DNA from: Burkholderiales bacterium
Lineage (GTDB): Bacteria > Pseudomonadota > Gammaproteobacteria > Burkholderiales > Burkholderiaceae_C
Length of the DNA stretch: 64,000 bases
Direction of reading: 5' to 3'
Assembly: GCA_038237415.1 (NCBI GenBank)
Contig: JBBRYR010000008.1
Location: forward strand, 25,852 to 89,851
Part shown: positions 55,449-64,000 of the stretch, in pieces
Layout: every line of letters begins with the position of its first letter
How positions within the stretch are numbered: position 1 is the first letter of the stretch
Translations under genes and position numbers: made by a program
Notes under the pieces: model-generated
Seen by the model: the letters and a program-made list of their open reading frames with translations, nothing else
Told to the model about the DNA's origin: nothing
The model's database searches: none

Positions 55449-56717
55449 ATGACTAACGCGCAGTGGTTCATGCTGGTTGGTGCACTGTTGCTGGTAATGG
55501 GGCTGACCTACACCGTGCTCAAGCGCTTGCCCATCACGGCAGCCATCATTTATCTGGCCGTGGGGCTGATCGTGGGGCCCAGTGGGCTCAATCTGTTCCA
55601 CTTCAACCCGCTGAAGGAGTCTGCGTTACTGGAAACGCTGACTGAAGTGGTGGTGCTGATTTCGCTCTTTTCTGCGGGCGTCAAGATGCCGGTGCCCTTC
55701 AGCGCGGTGCGCTGGCGCACCCCGGTTCTGCTGGCCACAGTTTCGATGACGATTACCGTGGCAATGGTGGCTGCGCTGGCATATTTTGCGCTGCATCTGC
55801 CGCTGGGCGCCGCAGTGCTACTCGGTGCCATTCTCGCGCCTACCGATCCGGTGCTGGCCACCGATGTGCAGATTCGCCATCCCGGTGACCGCGACCAGTT
55901 GCGCTTCACCCTGACATGCGAGGCCGGCATGAACGATGGCAGCGCATTCCCGTTTGTGATGCTGGGATTGGGTCTGCTGGGATTGCATGATCTGGGCGAC
56001 TATGGCGTGAACTGGCTACTGGTTGACGTGCTGTGGGCTACGCTGGCCAGCATCGCCATTGGCGTCGCAGCGGGTGTTGCACTGGCCCGCTTGGGCTGGA
56101 AGCTTCGCCGTGCGCCTCACCAGCATGAATTGCTGGACGATTTTTTGGGCTTGGGCCTGATTGGAGTGGTGTATGGCTTAACCGTAATGGCGCATGCCTG
56201 GGGGTTTCTGGCGGTCTTTTTTGCCGCCGTGGCGCTGCGCCAGACTGAACAAAAGCTGGCGAAGGCCACACGAACGCCGGTGGATGCCAGTGGAGAAGCC
56301 GAGCCAGTACCCAAGGTGAGCGAGGGCTCACTGGTCTTCAAGGAACACCTGGAGCGGCTCTCCGAATTGATGCTGATTCTGCTGGTTGGCGGCTCGCTCT
56401 TCCTCGACTCCTGGAGTTGGGAGGCCGTGGGCCTGGCCCTATTTGTGTTTGTGGTCGCGCGACCGGTGAGCGTACTGGTGGGCATGTGGGGCACGGGCAC
56501 CGCGCAGCCCCTGCGCGGCATGATTGGCTGGTTTGGCGTGCGCGGCATTGGCTCGCTCTATTACCTGATGTATGCCATTCAACAAGGTCTGCCCGAGCCA
56601 CTGGCGCTGAAGTTGATTCAGCTGACCCTGATCGTGGTGACGATGTCGATTTTTCTGCACGGCACCAGCGTCAAGCCCTTGATGGGGCATTTTTGGCGGC
56701 GAGGCAAAAAGGCCTGA
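55449..56717 (+). CDS. Cation:proton antiporter (CPA1/NhaP-like)
   Basis: ILAPTDPVLA, EAGMNDG, GWFGVRGIGS, LHGTS. Confidence 0.92.
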   Translation: MTNAQWFMLVGALLLVMGLTYTVLKRLPITAAIIYLAVGLIVGPSGLNLFHFNPLKESALLETLTEVVVLISLFSAGVKMPVPFSAVRWRTPVLLATVSMTITVAMVAALAYFALHLPLGAAVLLGAILAPTDPVLATDVQIRHPGDRDQLRFTLTCEAGMNDGSAFPFVMLGLGLLGLHDLGDYGVNWLLVDVLWATLASIAIGVAAGVALARLGWKLRRAPHQHELLDDFLGLGLIGVVYGLTVMAHAWGFLAVFFAAVALRQTEQKLAKATRTPVDASGEAEPVPKVSEGSLVFKEHLERLSELMLILLVGGSLFLDSWSWEAVGLALFVFVVARPVSVLVGMWGTGTAQPLRGMIGWFGVRGIGSLYYLMYAIQQGLPEPLALKLIQLTLIVVTMSIFLHGTSVKPLMGHFWRRGKKA

Positions 56718-56739
56718 GTTCTCTGCGGCCCGCTCTCTA

Positions 56740-57180
56740 CTAGCGTGTAATCAGCACCGGCACGGTTGATTCAGCCACCACTTTGGTCGCCACGCTGCCA
56801 AGCATCAGCCGAGCAATACCTGTGCGGCCATGGGAACCCAGCACGATCAGGTCTGCGCCTTCCGTTTGGGCAGTTTGCACAATGCCGCTGGCAGCGGTGA
56901 CATCCTCCACCAGGCGTGCCTGCAAAGCGATGGGCGCGCCATCCTGCTTGCAAAGCGCCTCAACTTGCGCATGGGCCTGGGCTGCCAAGTCCTGCGCAGC
57001 CGACATGTAGGCCTGAAAGCCCATGGGATTGATCTCACCCACGCCAATGTAAGGATAGGGATCGACGACATACACAGCCGTGAGCTTGGCGCTATGGGTG
57101 CGCGCCAGACTGACAGCCAGTTTGGCTGCGTGTTCGGAAGCCGGAGACGCGTCGGTGGCGACCAGAATATGTTTGAACAT
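56740..57180 (-). CDS. Universal stress protein
   Basis: FKHILVATDAS ... DLIVLGSHGRTGIARLMLGSVATKVV. Confidence 0.95.
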   Translation of the reverse strand: MFKHILVATDASPASEHAAKLAVSLARTHSAKLTAVYVVDPYPYIGVGEINPMGFQAYMSAAQDLAAQAHAQVEALCKQDGAPIALQARLVEDVTAASGIVQTAQTEGADLIVLGSHGRTGIARLMLGSVATKVVAESTVPVLITR

Positions 57181-57242
57181 GTGAATACCTCGTAAATGAA
57201 ATGTGTACCTGCGAATGCTGCACCCACGGCGCGCTGAATTCC

Positions 57243-57256
57243 TTGACATATGTCAG
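57243..57256. promoter_or_regulatory. CRP/FNR-type palindrome upstream of the usp gene
   Basis: TTGAC-ATAT-GTCAG, centred about 69 nt upstream of the usp ATG. Confidence 0.55.
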
Positions 57257-57373
57257 TTTTGATGCATTTGCGTCAAACAGGCTCCATTGGCACTTGCAGA
57301 GTAGCAAGTGAGCCATTTTGTGCCGTAATATCTGGTTATCGGGCTCCATTTCGGGGCCGAATATGGAGGACTT

Positions 57374-57514
57374 ATGGCTAAAGGTGACCAGCGCAGTGAA
57401 AAGATGTCGAAGAAACCCAAGAAAGACAATTCGGAGCCAAAAAACTCCACGTCTGACCGCCCTATGGCTCCCGTGACTACGGTGATGCCGCGCGGAAAAA
57501 TCAAGACCAAGTGA
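57374..57514 (+). CDS. Small basic protein (46 aa), below the ORF-track cutoff
   Basis: RBS GGAGGA, then MAKGDQRSEKMSKKPKKDNSEPKNSTSDRPMAPVTTVMPRGKIKTK. Confidence 0.7.
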   Translation: MAKGDQRSEKMSKKPKKDNSEPKNSTSDRPMAPVTTVMPRGKIKTK

Positions 57515-57557
57515 CCGGTTTTATGGGCATGCCTCCCGGGCAACGGATCAGGGCCGC

Positions 57558-58193
57558 ATGACCCCATCCTGGTACGACAGGCACATCCTGCCACCCATGC
57601 TGGATTTCGCTTGTGGTTTGTCCATGGTAGGCCGCCAGCGTCAGCTGGTGGTTCCCTTGGCGCAGGGGCGGGTCCTCGAGGTCGGTATCGGTACCGGACT
57701 CAACATGCGCTACTACGACAAGACGCGCGTGACCCGTATAACGGGGCTGGACCCTGCCCTGCAACTGCACCCCCTGGCGCGCGAGCGCATTGCACAATCC
57801 GGGCTGGATGTGGATCTGGTGGGACTCTCAGCCGAGCAGATTCCCCTGCCCGACGCAAGCTTTGACACGGTGCTCATCACGTATACGCTGTGCACCATTC
57901 CTGATCCCTTGGCAGCACTCAAAGAGATGCGCAGGGTACTGGCATCCCACGGTCGTTTACTGTTCTGCGAACACGGGCGCGCACCCGATGCATCGGTACA
58001 ACGCTGGCAAGATCGGTTGCAGCCACTGTGGGGCCCCTTGGCGGGTGGCTGCCATCTGGGGCGCGACATTCCCGAACTGTTGCAACAAGCCGGTTTTATC
58101 CAGCCAGACACACAAACGCGGTACCTGCCGGGCCCAAGACCCTTCACATTTCACTATTGGGGCGAGGCGCTTCCGGGTCATCTACCCGTTTAA
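57558..58193 (+). CDS. Class I SAM-dependent methyltransferase
   Basis: VLEVGIGTGLN, SFDTVLITYTLCTIPDP, FCEHG, GGCHL. Confidence 0.92.
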   Translation: MTPSWYDRHILPPMLDFACGLSMVGRQRQLVVPLAQGRVLEVGIGTGLNMRYYDKTRVTRITGLDPALQLHPLARERIAQSGLDVDLVGLSAEQIPLPDASFDTVLITYTLCTIPDPLAALKEMRRVLASHGRLLFCEHGRAPDASVQRWQDRLQPLWGPLAGGCHLGRDIPELLQQAGFIQPDTQTRYLPGPRPFTFHYWGEALPGHLPV

Positions 58194-59122
58194 GAACCGG
58201 TAGCGTCGAACACGCCACTCAGCAACTCGGGCAACCGGTCGGTTGGCATCTTGAAGCCGCAGGCTTGGGCGTGACCCCCGCCCTGCATGCTCTCTGCCAG
58301 AGGAATGCAGTCAAAACCGGGTTGCGAACGCAGGCCGACCTTGATGACGCCCCCCTTGCCGGCACTCCACATGAGCGCAAAGGTACCGCTTTTTGCAGAA
58401 AGCAGATCGCCCACAAGACTGTGGAACACGCCAGGCGCATTGACCATGAGACCGTGCTGTCCGTTGAACGCAATGGGTTGCGCGCCCTCGGCGATATCGG
58501 CTGCGAGTTTGCTGAATTTTTCGTCCATGGCCGCGCCCCGCGCCATGAAATTGGTCAGCTGCACGGGACTGAACAATGCGATCTCCGCCCAGCGGACAAA
58601 GTCAAACCGTTCCATATCCAGTGCCGCCAAAAAGCCCTTGCTTTCGGGGTATTGCCAAGCCCAGATGTCGCGGTCTTCCACAAAGCGCACTAAATCGGGC
58701 ACTAGCGTGTCTGACTGAAAGAATTCCCAGGCGAGGCGTGCGCCCGACTTGCTCATGTCAAAGTGCACCACACCGCAGCGGCAGGAAAAACCGGTCAATT
58801 TCTCGGCAGCACTCTTGTGGTGGTCCAGCATCACCAGCTTGGTCGCACGCTCTTCAATGCCCCGAAGAATCTCGGGGGAGAATGAAAAATCAAGGATGTA
58901 CACCGCACGGCCACTGAGCGCGGGCAAGTCGTCCACGGATTTGATGTCGCCGTGGTCCAGCCCCAAAAACTCGGCTTTGCCTTCGTAATACAACCAGGCA
59001 GCCAGTGCAGCGGCAAACCCATCAGGACAACTCCGACCATGGTACAAAACCAGTGGATTGGGGTCGGTCTTTTCAGGGTGAACAAACAGTTGCAGAGGGA
59101 GTAGTGTCTTCATGGGCTCCAT
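58190..59122 (-). CDS. DHH/DHHA1-family phosphoesterase
   Basis: YHG..CPDG, ILDF, LDHH, EDRD, GGGH motifs. Confidence 0.9.
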   Translation of the reverse strand: MEPMKTLLPLQLFVHPEKTDPNPLVLYHGRSCPDGFAAALAAWLYYEGKAEFLGLDHGDIKSVDDLPALSGRAVYILDFSFSPEILRGIEERATKLVMLDHHKSAAEKLTGFSCRCGVVHFDMSKSGARLAWEFFQSDTLVPDLVRFVEDRDIWAWQYPESKGFLAALDMERFDFVRWAEIALFSPVQLTNFMARGAAMDEKFSKLAADIAEGAQPIAFNGQHGLMVNAPGVFHSLVGDLLSAKSGTFALMWSAGKGGVIKVGLRSQPGFDCIPLAESMQGGGHAQACGFKMPTDRLPELLSGVFDATGS

Positions 59123-59149
59123 TGTCGCCTGTCAACGCCCGCCGAAAAA

Positions 59150-59740
59150 CTACTCTGCTGCCGCACCCAGCTTGCGTAGCTTGTCGGTCCACTTGCGTAC
59201 CCCCTCCACGCCCAGCTTGTCTACCATGCCGATCAGCGTTTCGTTGACCGGCGCAATGCCGACGAATCCCAGCACATTGCGTTCCAGCGACTTGACGCTG
59301 TGGGCCCGAAAATACCAGCGGTATAGCAAGGCCGGCATTCCCATGGTGACGACAACGCGCGCAGAGCGACCTTTAAGACCCTTCTGCCCCATGGGGTTGT
59401 CGCCCTCCGCCTTGAAGGCAAAGCCGGGTCGGGCAACCTGCTCCAGAAAGCCTTTGAGCAACGCGGGCATGTCGCCCAGCCACAAAGGAAAAAACAGTAC
59501 CAGGTGCTGGGCCCATTCAATATCCGCCTGCGACTGAGCCAGAGAGGGCGGCAGAATGCCATCCTCCCAGTCTTGCTGGGTGCGCAGCAACGGAAATTCC
59601 AGCGCCGCTACGTCCACACGGCGCACCGTGTGACCGGCTTTCTGCGCACCGTCGGCATACGCATCGGCCAACACGTGGCCCAAATGGATATTGATAGGGT
59701 CTGGGTGGCCCTGTATCAGCAAAATCCGCTTCGTGGTCAT
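59150..59740 (-). CDS. Flavodoxin-like NAD(P)H:quinone oxidoreductase
   Basis: LIQGHPD, FPLWLGDMPALLKGFLEQV, GRSARVVVTMG. Confidence 0.92.
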   Translation of the reverse strand: MTTKRILLIQGHPDPINIHLGHVLADAYADGAQKAGHTVRRVDVAALEFPLLRTQQDWEDGILPPSLAQSQADIEWAQHLVLFFPLWLGDMPALLKGFLEQVARPGFAFKAEGDNPMGQKGLKGRSARVVVTMGMPALLYRWYFRAHSVKSLERNVLGFVGIAPVNETLIGMVDKLGVEGVRKWTDKLRKLGAAAE

Positions 59741-59801
59741 GAACGTCTCCTGAGGGCTTGAACCCAAAGGGTCATCGTGTCAGAGAGACCTTGTGCAAGT
59801 T

Positions 59802-59815
59802 TTGACAATCGTCAA
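59802..59815. promoter_or_regulatory. CRP/FNR-type palindrome
   Basis: TTGAC-AATC-GTCAA, centred about 68 nt upstream of the oxidoreductase ATG. Confidence 0.6.
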
Positions 59816-59824
59816 CAGGATGAA

Positions 59825-60802
59825 TCAGTCTGAAACTTCGTCGTCAGGCGGCGTTACACGCGGTGGCCGAGGCACTTTTTTAAAGCGGATTGCCCTATCG
59901 AGCTCAATGGCATCCTTCTTGACTTGTCGCTCGGCGTCCATTTTCTGACCGCGGGCCAGCCAATCTGCAAACTCTTCAGGGGTTTCCAGTGTCATCCGGC
60001 CCATGACGGCGTGGCGAAAGTCGTGGATGACGATATCAGCGGCCTTCTGCAGGTTGATGCGCCCACCGCTCTGGATGGCGCCCCGTTTGCGGCCAATGGC
60101 TTCGAGCACCTGCTCGTCGGTCATCCCGGCCACGCCAGTGACTTTGTAACGTGCTTCCACCTCGGCGGCGTAGTTTTGGCGCAAATAGTCGAGCAGCTCC
60201 AGCGCCACCTCCTCTTCATCAAATGCGTTGCGGCCAATGGCGCCACTGGCAGCCAGGTTGTAGCCACTCTTGGCCACAATAATCCGGGGCCACAGCACGC
60301 CCGGGGTATCAAACAAGTAGAAGCCATCGGCCAGCACAATGCGCTGCTCCAGCTTGGTCACACCGGCTTCGTCGCCCGTGAGGGTGGCGCGCTTGCCCTT
60401 CATGGTATTGATGAGGGTCGACTTGCCCACGTTGGGAATGCCGCAAATCAACACCCGCATGGGCTTGACCATGGTGCCCCGGTTGGGCGCCAACTCGAAG
60501 CAAGCCTTGATCAGTACCTTGGCAGGCGCGGTCATGCTGGCATCCAGCCCCAGCGCCCGCGTACCGGGCATGGCGTTGTAATGCGCCAGCCACAGTGCGG
60601 TGCGTGCGGGGTCGGCCAAGTCTTGCTTGTTCAGTACCTTCAAAGCCGGCTTGCCGGCCGTTAACTGCGCCAGCATGGGATTTGCGCTGGAGCCTGGCAG
60701 ACGGGCATCCAGCAGCTCAATGACCACATCAATCTCCTTGATGCGCTCTTCGATCGCCTTGCGCGTCAGGTGCATGTGACCCGGGAACCACTGAATTGCC
60801 AT
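59825..60802 (-). CDS. rbgA: Ribosome biogenesis GTPase RbgA/YlqF
   Basis: [34 protein letters not shown]. Confidence 0.95.
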   Translation of the reverse strand: MAIQWFPGHMHLTRKAIEERIKEIDVVIELLDARLPGSSANPMLAQLTAGKPALKVLNKQDLADPARTALWLAHYNAMPGTRALGLDASMTAPAKVLIKACFELAPNRGTMVKPMRVLICGIPNVGKSTLINTMKGKRATLTGDEAGVTKLEQRIVLADGFYLFDTPGVLWPRIIVAKSGYNLAASGAIGRNAFDEEEVALELLDYLRQNYAAEVEARYKVTGVAGMTDEQVLEAIGRKRGAIQSGGRINLQKAADIVIHDFRHAVMGRMTLETPEEFADWLARGQKMDAERQVKKDAIELDRAIRFKKVPRPPRVTPPDDEVSD

Positions 60803-60993
60803 GCCTTGAAGCCTTCGCATTGAAATAGGAAGCTCGCATTGTCGGGCAGTTTGCCGAGAGCACCCTCAGGGACAGCGAGTCATGTAGACAGCTCGCTCTA
60901 GGAAAACACCTCGAATTAAGGTGCCACCACTAGCGTGAACCGAGAGAATTCGACCCATCACTGGTTCTTTTCAACTTTCTCAGGAGAATTTTC

Positions 60994-61524
60994 ATGGCTG
61001 CACAAAAACTCGCGACTGTCACCAACGAACTGATTGCGTCCTACGGCAACACTGCCAAAAACGTCATCAACGCTTACCGCGTCGGCAACGAGCGCGCAGT
61101 TGGCTTCATGAACCACAGCTGGGCCGCTGCTGTGGCCCGCACAGGTACCCGCTTGAGCGCTGAAGTGCGTGGCAACGCGGTGACGGCGCAGAAAAAGATC
61201 ACGGGACTCTACGCCAAGGGCGTTGAACTGACCTCTGACGGCGCCGATGTCGCAGTCAACAAGGCGGTTGAATTGGCTGGCAAGGGTGTGTCCCAAGTGT
61301 CGGCCAATGCGAGTCGCTTCGAGAAAGCCACCGGCGTCAAGCTGGACACGCTAGCGGTTGCCGTTGTTCCGGCGGCCCAGGCTGTGACCAAAGTCGCCGC
61401 CAAGCTGGAAGCCCAATCCGGCGCACTGGCAAACAAGATTGCCGGCAGAAAAGCCAAGGTAAAGGTTGCTGCCGCCAAGCGCACCGTGGCCAAAAAGGTA
61501 GCTCGCGTTCGCAAAGCGGCCTGA
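60994..61524 (+). CDS. Ala/Lys/Val-rich helical protein (phasin-like) with a basic tail
   Basis: RBS AGGAG; amphipathic helices; ends AAAKRTVAKKVARVRKAA. Confidence 0.75.
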   Translation: MAAQKLATVTNELIASYGNTAKNVINAYRVGNERAVGFMNHSWAAAVARTGTRLSAEVRGNAVTAQKKITGLYAKGVELTSDGADVAVNKAVELAGKGVSQVSANASRFEKATGVKLDTLAVAVVPAAQAVTKVAAKLEAQSGALANKIAGRKAKVKVAAAKRTVAKKVARVRKAA

Positions 61525-61528
61525 TCCG

Positions 61529-63061
61529 CTAGTTCGGCGCCTTGCCGGTGACCAGCCTTCTCGCGGAAAGATACTCCTGGAGGTAGATGTCAAACGGCAT
61601 GGTGTCTGCAGCCTCAATCTTGCGCTGATCGTCCCATGACGCCTGCGAGAGTTGTGCAAAATGCTGTCGCAAGGCGGGTTCAAGCGGGTTGTCGAGCATG
61701 GCCTTTTTTGTCAACGCAGATTGCGCTTTGACAAAAGCCACGAATGATCCGTCAAAACGTTCTGTTACCTCCCGCAGTACGCGAGCGGACGGCAAGGTGT
61801 CCGGGTTGTGGAGCGCATGGACCGCAGCCTCTACCGCAGCAGAATAATCGGTGCTGGCATGGGCTGCGTCCAGCTGGCGTGCAATGGGCGCCAACTGGCT
61901 TACCAGCTCAAGCCCCCAATCGGTGAGGGAAATCATGCCGTCGCCTCGCTCCAACTGCAGCCTTGGCTCGCGTCCCCGCTCGGCCACACTGTGCTGGTTG
62001 TGCGCCAGGGCAACGATTTCTTGTGGCGTGTCAGGTGGGCTATCAGAAATCAGACAATGCAGCAAAAAAACATCCAGAAAACGCATGGTCTGGCTGTTGA
62101 TGCCGATGGGCTCGAACGGGTCAAGATCCATCAGGCGCACTTCCACATACTCCACACCCCGCTCCCGCAACGCGTGCAAAGGCCGCTCGCCCGGGAAAAT
62201 CACGCGCTTGGGGCGAATGGTGCCGTAGAACTCGTTTTCGATCTGCAGCAGGCTGGTAGCCAGTTGGCGGTATTCCCCATCAGGCCCCCGCACGCCAATG
62301 ACCTCATACGGTGGATACGGTCGGGTCAGTGCATCCTGCAGCGAGTCACCATAGCCCTGCAGACTGTTGTAACTCACCGCCAGCGAAGCCTGCGCATCGC
62401 TCTGATAGCCCAAGCGCCCCATGCGGAGTGACGTGGCATAGGGCCGGTACATGGTGTGTGCGTTAAGCGCCTGCAGCTGATGCTGACGCCCGGCAACAAA
62501 CGATGAGCAGACGGCAGGTGACGCCCCAAACAGGTACAGCAGCAAAAACGCATGCCTGCGGAAGTTGCGAATCAGCCCAAAATAGGCCTCGCTGGATACA
62601 TCGGGCAAAGACCAGTTGTAGTGAATACCCGAAATGGTCTGCATACGCCGACCGTAACGGTTGCCCAGCCCCATGCGATACACGCTCTTGGAACGCCCGA
62701 CGTTGGATGTTCCATATCGACCAATCGGAATAGCATCATCGGCGGGCAGCCCACAGGGCATGCTGGAAACCCAGAGCATTTCATTACCCAAAGCCTCGGT
62801 CGTGAACTTTTGCACTTGCATGAGCTCATCAAAGCAATCCTGCACCCCTGCGTGGACACCCGTGATCAACTCAACCTGCGATTCGCTGAAATCAGTCGTG
62901 ATGTGAGGGTGGGTAAGCGCAGAACCGAGCGCCGCAGGATGCGGCGTCATGGCCAGCGCACCGCTTGGCTCTGCCCGCAAACTCTCTTTTTCAACCCCGC
63001 GGCGTATGCCTTGAAGCCGCTGAGGCGTCAGCGCACTGAGGGCCTCTTTAAAACTATCCAT
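61529..63061 (-). CDS. gshA: Glutamate--cysteine ligase
   Basis: RGVEKESLR, ITTDFSESQVE, MQTISGIHYN, YATSLRMGRLGY, QIENEFY, YVEVRLMD. Confidence 0.95.
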   Translation of the reverse strand: MDSFKEALSALTPQRLQGIRRGVEKESLRAEPSGALAMTPHPAALGSALTHPHITTDFSESQVELITGVHAGVQDCFDELMQVQKFTTEALGNEMLWVSSMPCGLPADDAIPIGRYGTSNVGRSKSVYRMGLGNRYGRRMQTISGIHYNWSLPDVSSEAYFGLIRNFRRHAFLLLYLFGASPAVCSSFVAGRQHQLQALNAHTMYRPYATSLRMGRLGYQSDAQASLAVSYNSLQGYGDSLQDALTRPYPPYEVIGVRGPDGEYRQLATSLLQIENEFYGTIRPKRVIFPGERPLHALRERGVEYVEVRLMDLDPFEPIGINSQTMRFLDVFLLHCLISDSPPDTPQEIVALAHNQHSVAERGREPRLQLERGDGMISLTDWGLELVSQLAPIARQLDAAHASTDYSAAVEAAVHALHNPDTLPSARVLREVTERFDGSFVAFVKAQSALTKKAMLDNPLEPALRQHFAQLSQASWDDQRKIEAADTMPFDIYLQEYLSARRLVTGKAPN

Positions 63062-63148
63062 GCCTGTGGCCCTAATACTTTTTCGTGGGTGGCAAAGGTA
63101 ACACAGCCCGGGATTTCCTGCAGGAACCACGTGCGCAATAATGCTGAC

Positions 63149-64000
63149 GTGAATACCTACGAACTCGTAGTCTGGTCGGCCATGCTGGGCGGACTCATGA
63201 CGCTGGCGGCGACTTCCATGGCAGACGTCGTGATAAATCGCAACATCTCGTCGTGGCGTGGTTTGGTATTCATTGTGTTGACCGGCACGAGTTGCGTGCT
63301 CATGACGGGTTTGCTGGAGGTTTTGATTCCAGACTTGCCAACCACAGCGGTCCGGGTTCTCCAGTCCAGTCTGGGACCCCTGAGTGGCGCACTGGCGCTA
63401 ACCTACCTGGGTCTGTGGCTTGGTGTTGCAGCCGAAGACCCGCTCGTCCACTACACCATTGCATGGGGCTCTTACGCACTGGTATTGACCGCCCTACTAA
63501 CGGCTGCTTTGGCGCTGTTTGATCCATTGGAAGCCACGATCCGGCTGAACGTGTTGACAGCGCTGGTCAATAGCATTTCTGTGGCGCTGGTCACAGTGGC
63601 ATCCGTTCGTGCGGCGATGCTGGGCGACCGACTTGCCCGATGGATGGTGCTGGCCTGCCTTTTCATGGCGGGCATGGTGGCGGGCTTATATGGGCACAAC
63701 CTGCGCTGGGGAAAAATGGGACTAGGCATGTCCACCCTGACAGCATTTTGTACCGTGGCGTATTTTCAAATCGTGATGGGACTGGGCATTCGCCGCAACC
63801 GTCTCAATCGCCGCCTTAAACGCCTCGCAGGATTTGCCCAAGGGGCAGATCCGGCAACCGGCTTGCCCAAAGGCTCAGTCTTGCTATCCAAAGTGGATGA
63901 TGCATTCTGGCGCAGTGCGCGTATCCACAGTGAATGCACGGTGGTGTGCCTGCATTTGCGCAACCTCTATGAGCTTGGCGAGGTTGCCGGCCATGGAGTA
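63149..64000 (+). CDS. Multi-TM protein with a C-terminal GGDEF-like domain (partial)
   Basis: Hand-translated from GTG at 63149; about 6 TMs, then DPATGLPKG ... VCLHLRNLYELGEVAGH; runs off the window. Confidence 0.7.
   Translation, partial: MNTYELVVWSAMLGGLMTLAATSMADVVINRNISSWRGLVFIVLTGTSCVLMTGLLEVLIPDLPTTAVRVLQSSLGPLSGALALTYLGLWLGVAAEDPLVHYTIAWGSYALVLTALLTAALALFDPLEATIRLNVLTALVNSISVALVTVASVRAAMLGDRLARWMVLACLFMAGMVAGLYGHNLRWGKMGLGMSTLTAFCTVAYFQIVMGLGIRRNRLNRRLKRLAGFAQGADPATGLPKGSVLLSKVDDAFWRSARIHSECTVVCLHLRNLYELGEVAGHGV

Noticed and set aside
3992-63963. Most remaining long ORFs overlapping the called genes (e.g. 4107-4778, 15135-16304, 39155-40465, 49329-50408)
   Set aside because: Antisense or alternative-frame shadows typical of high-GC DNA; they fully overlap motif-supported genes.
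63149-64000. Claim that the terminal GGDEF-like protein is catalytically degenerate
   Set aside because: The signature motif position lies beyond the window end, so it cannot be assessed.
1-64000. tRNA, rRNA or IS transposase
   Set aside because: No tRNA cloverleaf/T-loop pattern, rRNA-like tract, DDE or HUH ORF, or terminal inverted repeats were recognised by eye; dedicated scans were not run.

Overview
A 64-kb chromosomal window from a GC-rich betaproteobacterium. The gene repertoire and repeat style suggest Comamonadaceae (Rhodoferax/Acidovorax-like); this is an inference. About 75 protein-coding genes are supported. I saw no rRNA, tRNA, CRISPR array, integrase or transposase. Housekeeping anchors are glnS, gor, a PPi-type phosphofructokinase, an atypical pyruvate kinase, rbgA and gshA, with many redox/electrophile-stress genes between them. 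Main points: (1) A co-directional 8-gene surface-structure cluster with its own AraC regulator (3266-11380). It encodes four tandem secreted FilA/DUF6160-like beta-rich paralogs, a signal-bearing C39 peptidase, two outer-membrane barrels and a DUF2059 protein. Each of the four subunits has a double-glycine-leader-like motif (L-x-D/N-x-x-L-x-x-V-x-G-Q/A) just after its Sec signal, suggesting a periplasmically processed pilus/amyloid-like fibre. (2) An accessory/defence island downstream of glnS (18255-25345). AT-richer unknown genes and a PLD nuclease-like gene are followed by modules (MntA-HepT, CSD-excalibur, XRE-AbiEii, mini GIY-YIG), each delimited by a same-orientation 45-bp repeat, like a cassette array without attC sites. 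(3) The same 45-bp repeat sits in frame inside both proteins of a LytS/LytTR two-component system. (4) A second repeat family carries perfect DnaA boxes and forms a duplicated ~350-bp composite element. (5) An orphan contractile tail-sheath gene lies next to an Mrr-like nuclease. Family assignments come from motif recognition only; no database search was run.
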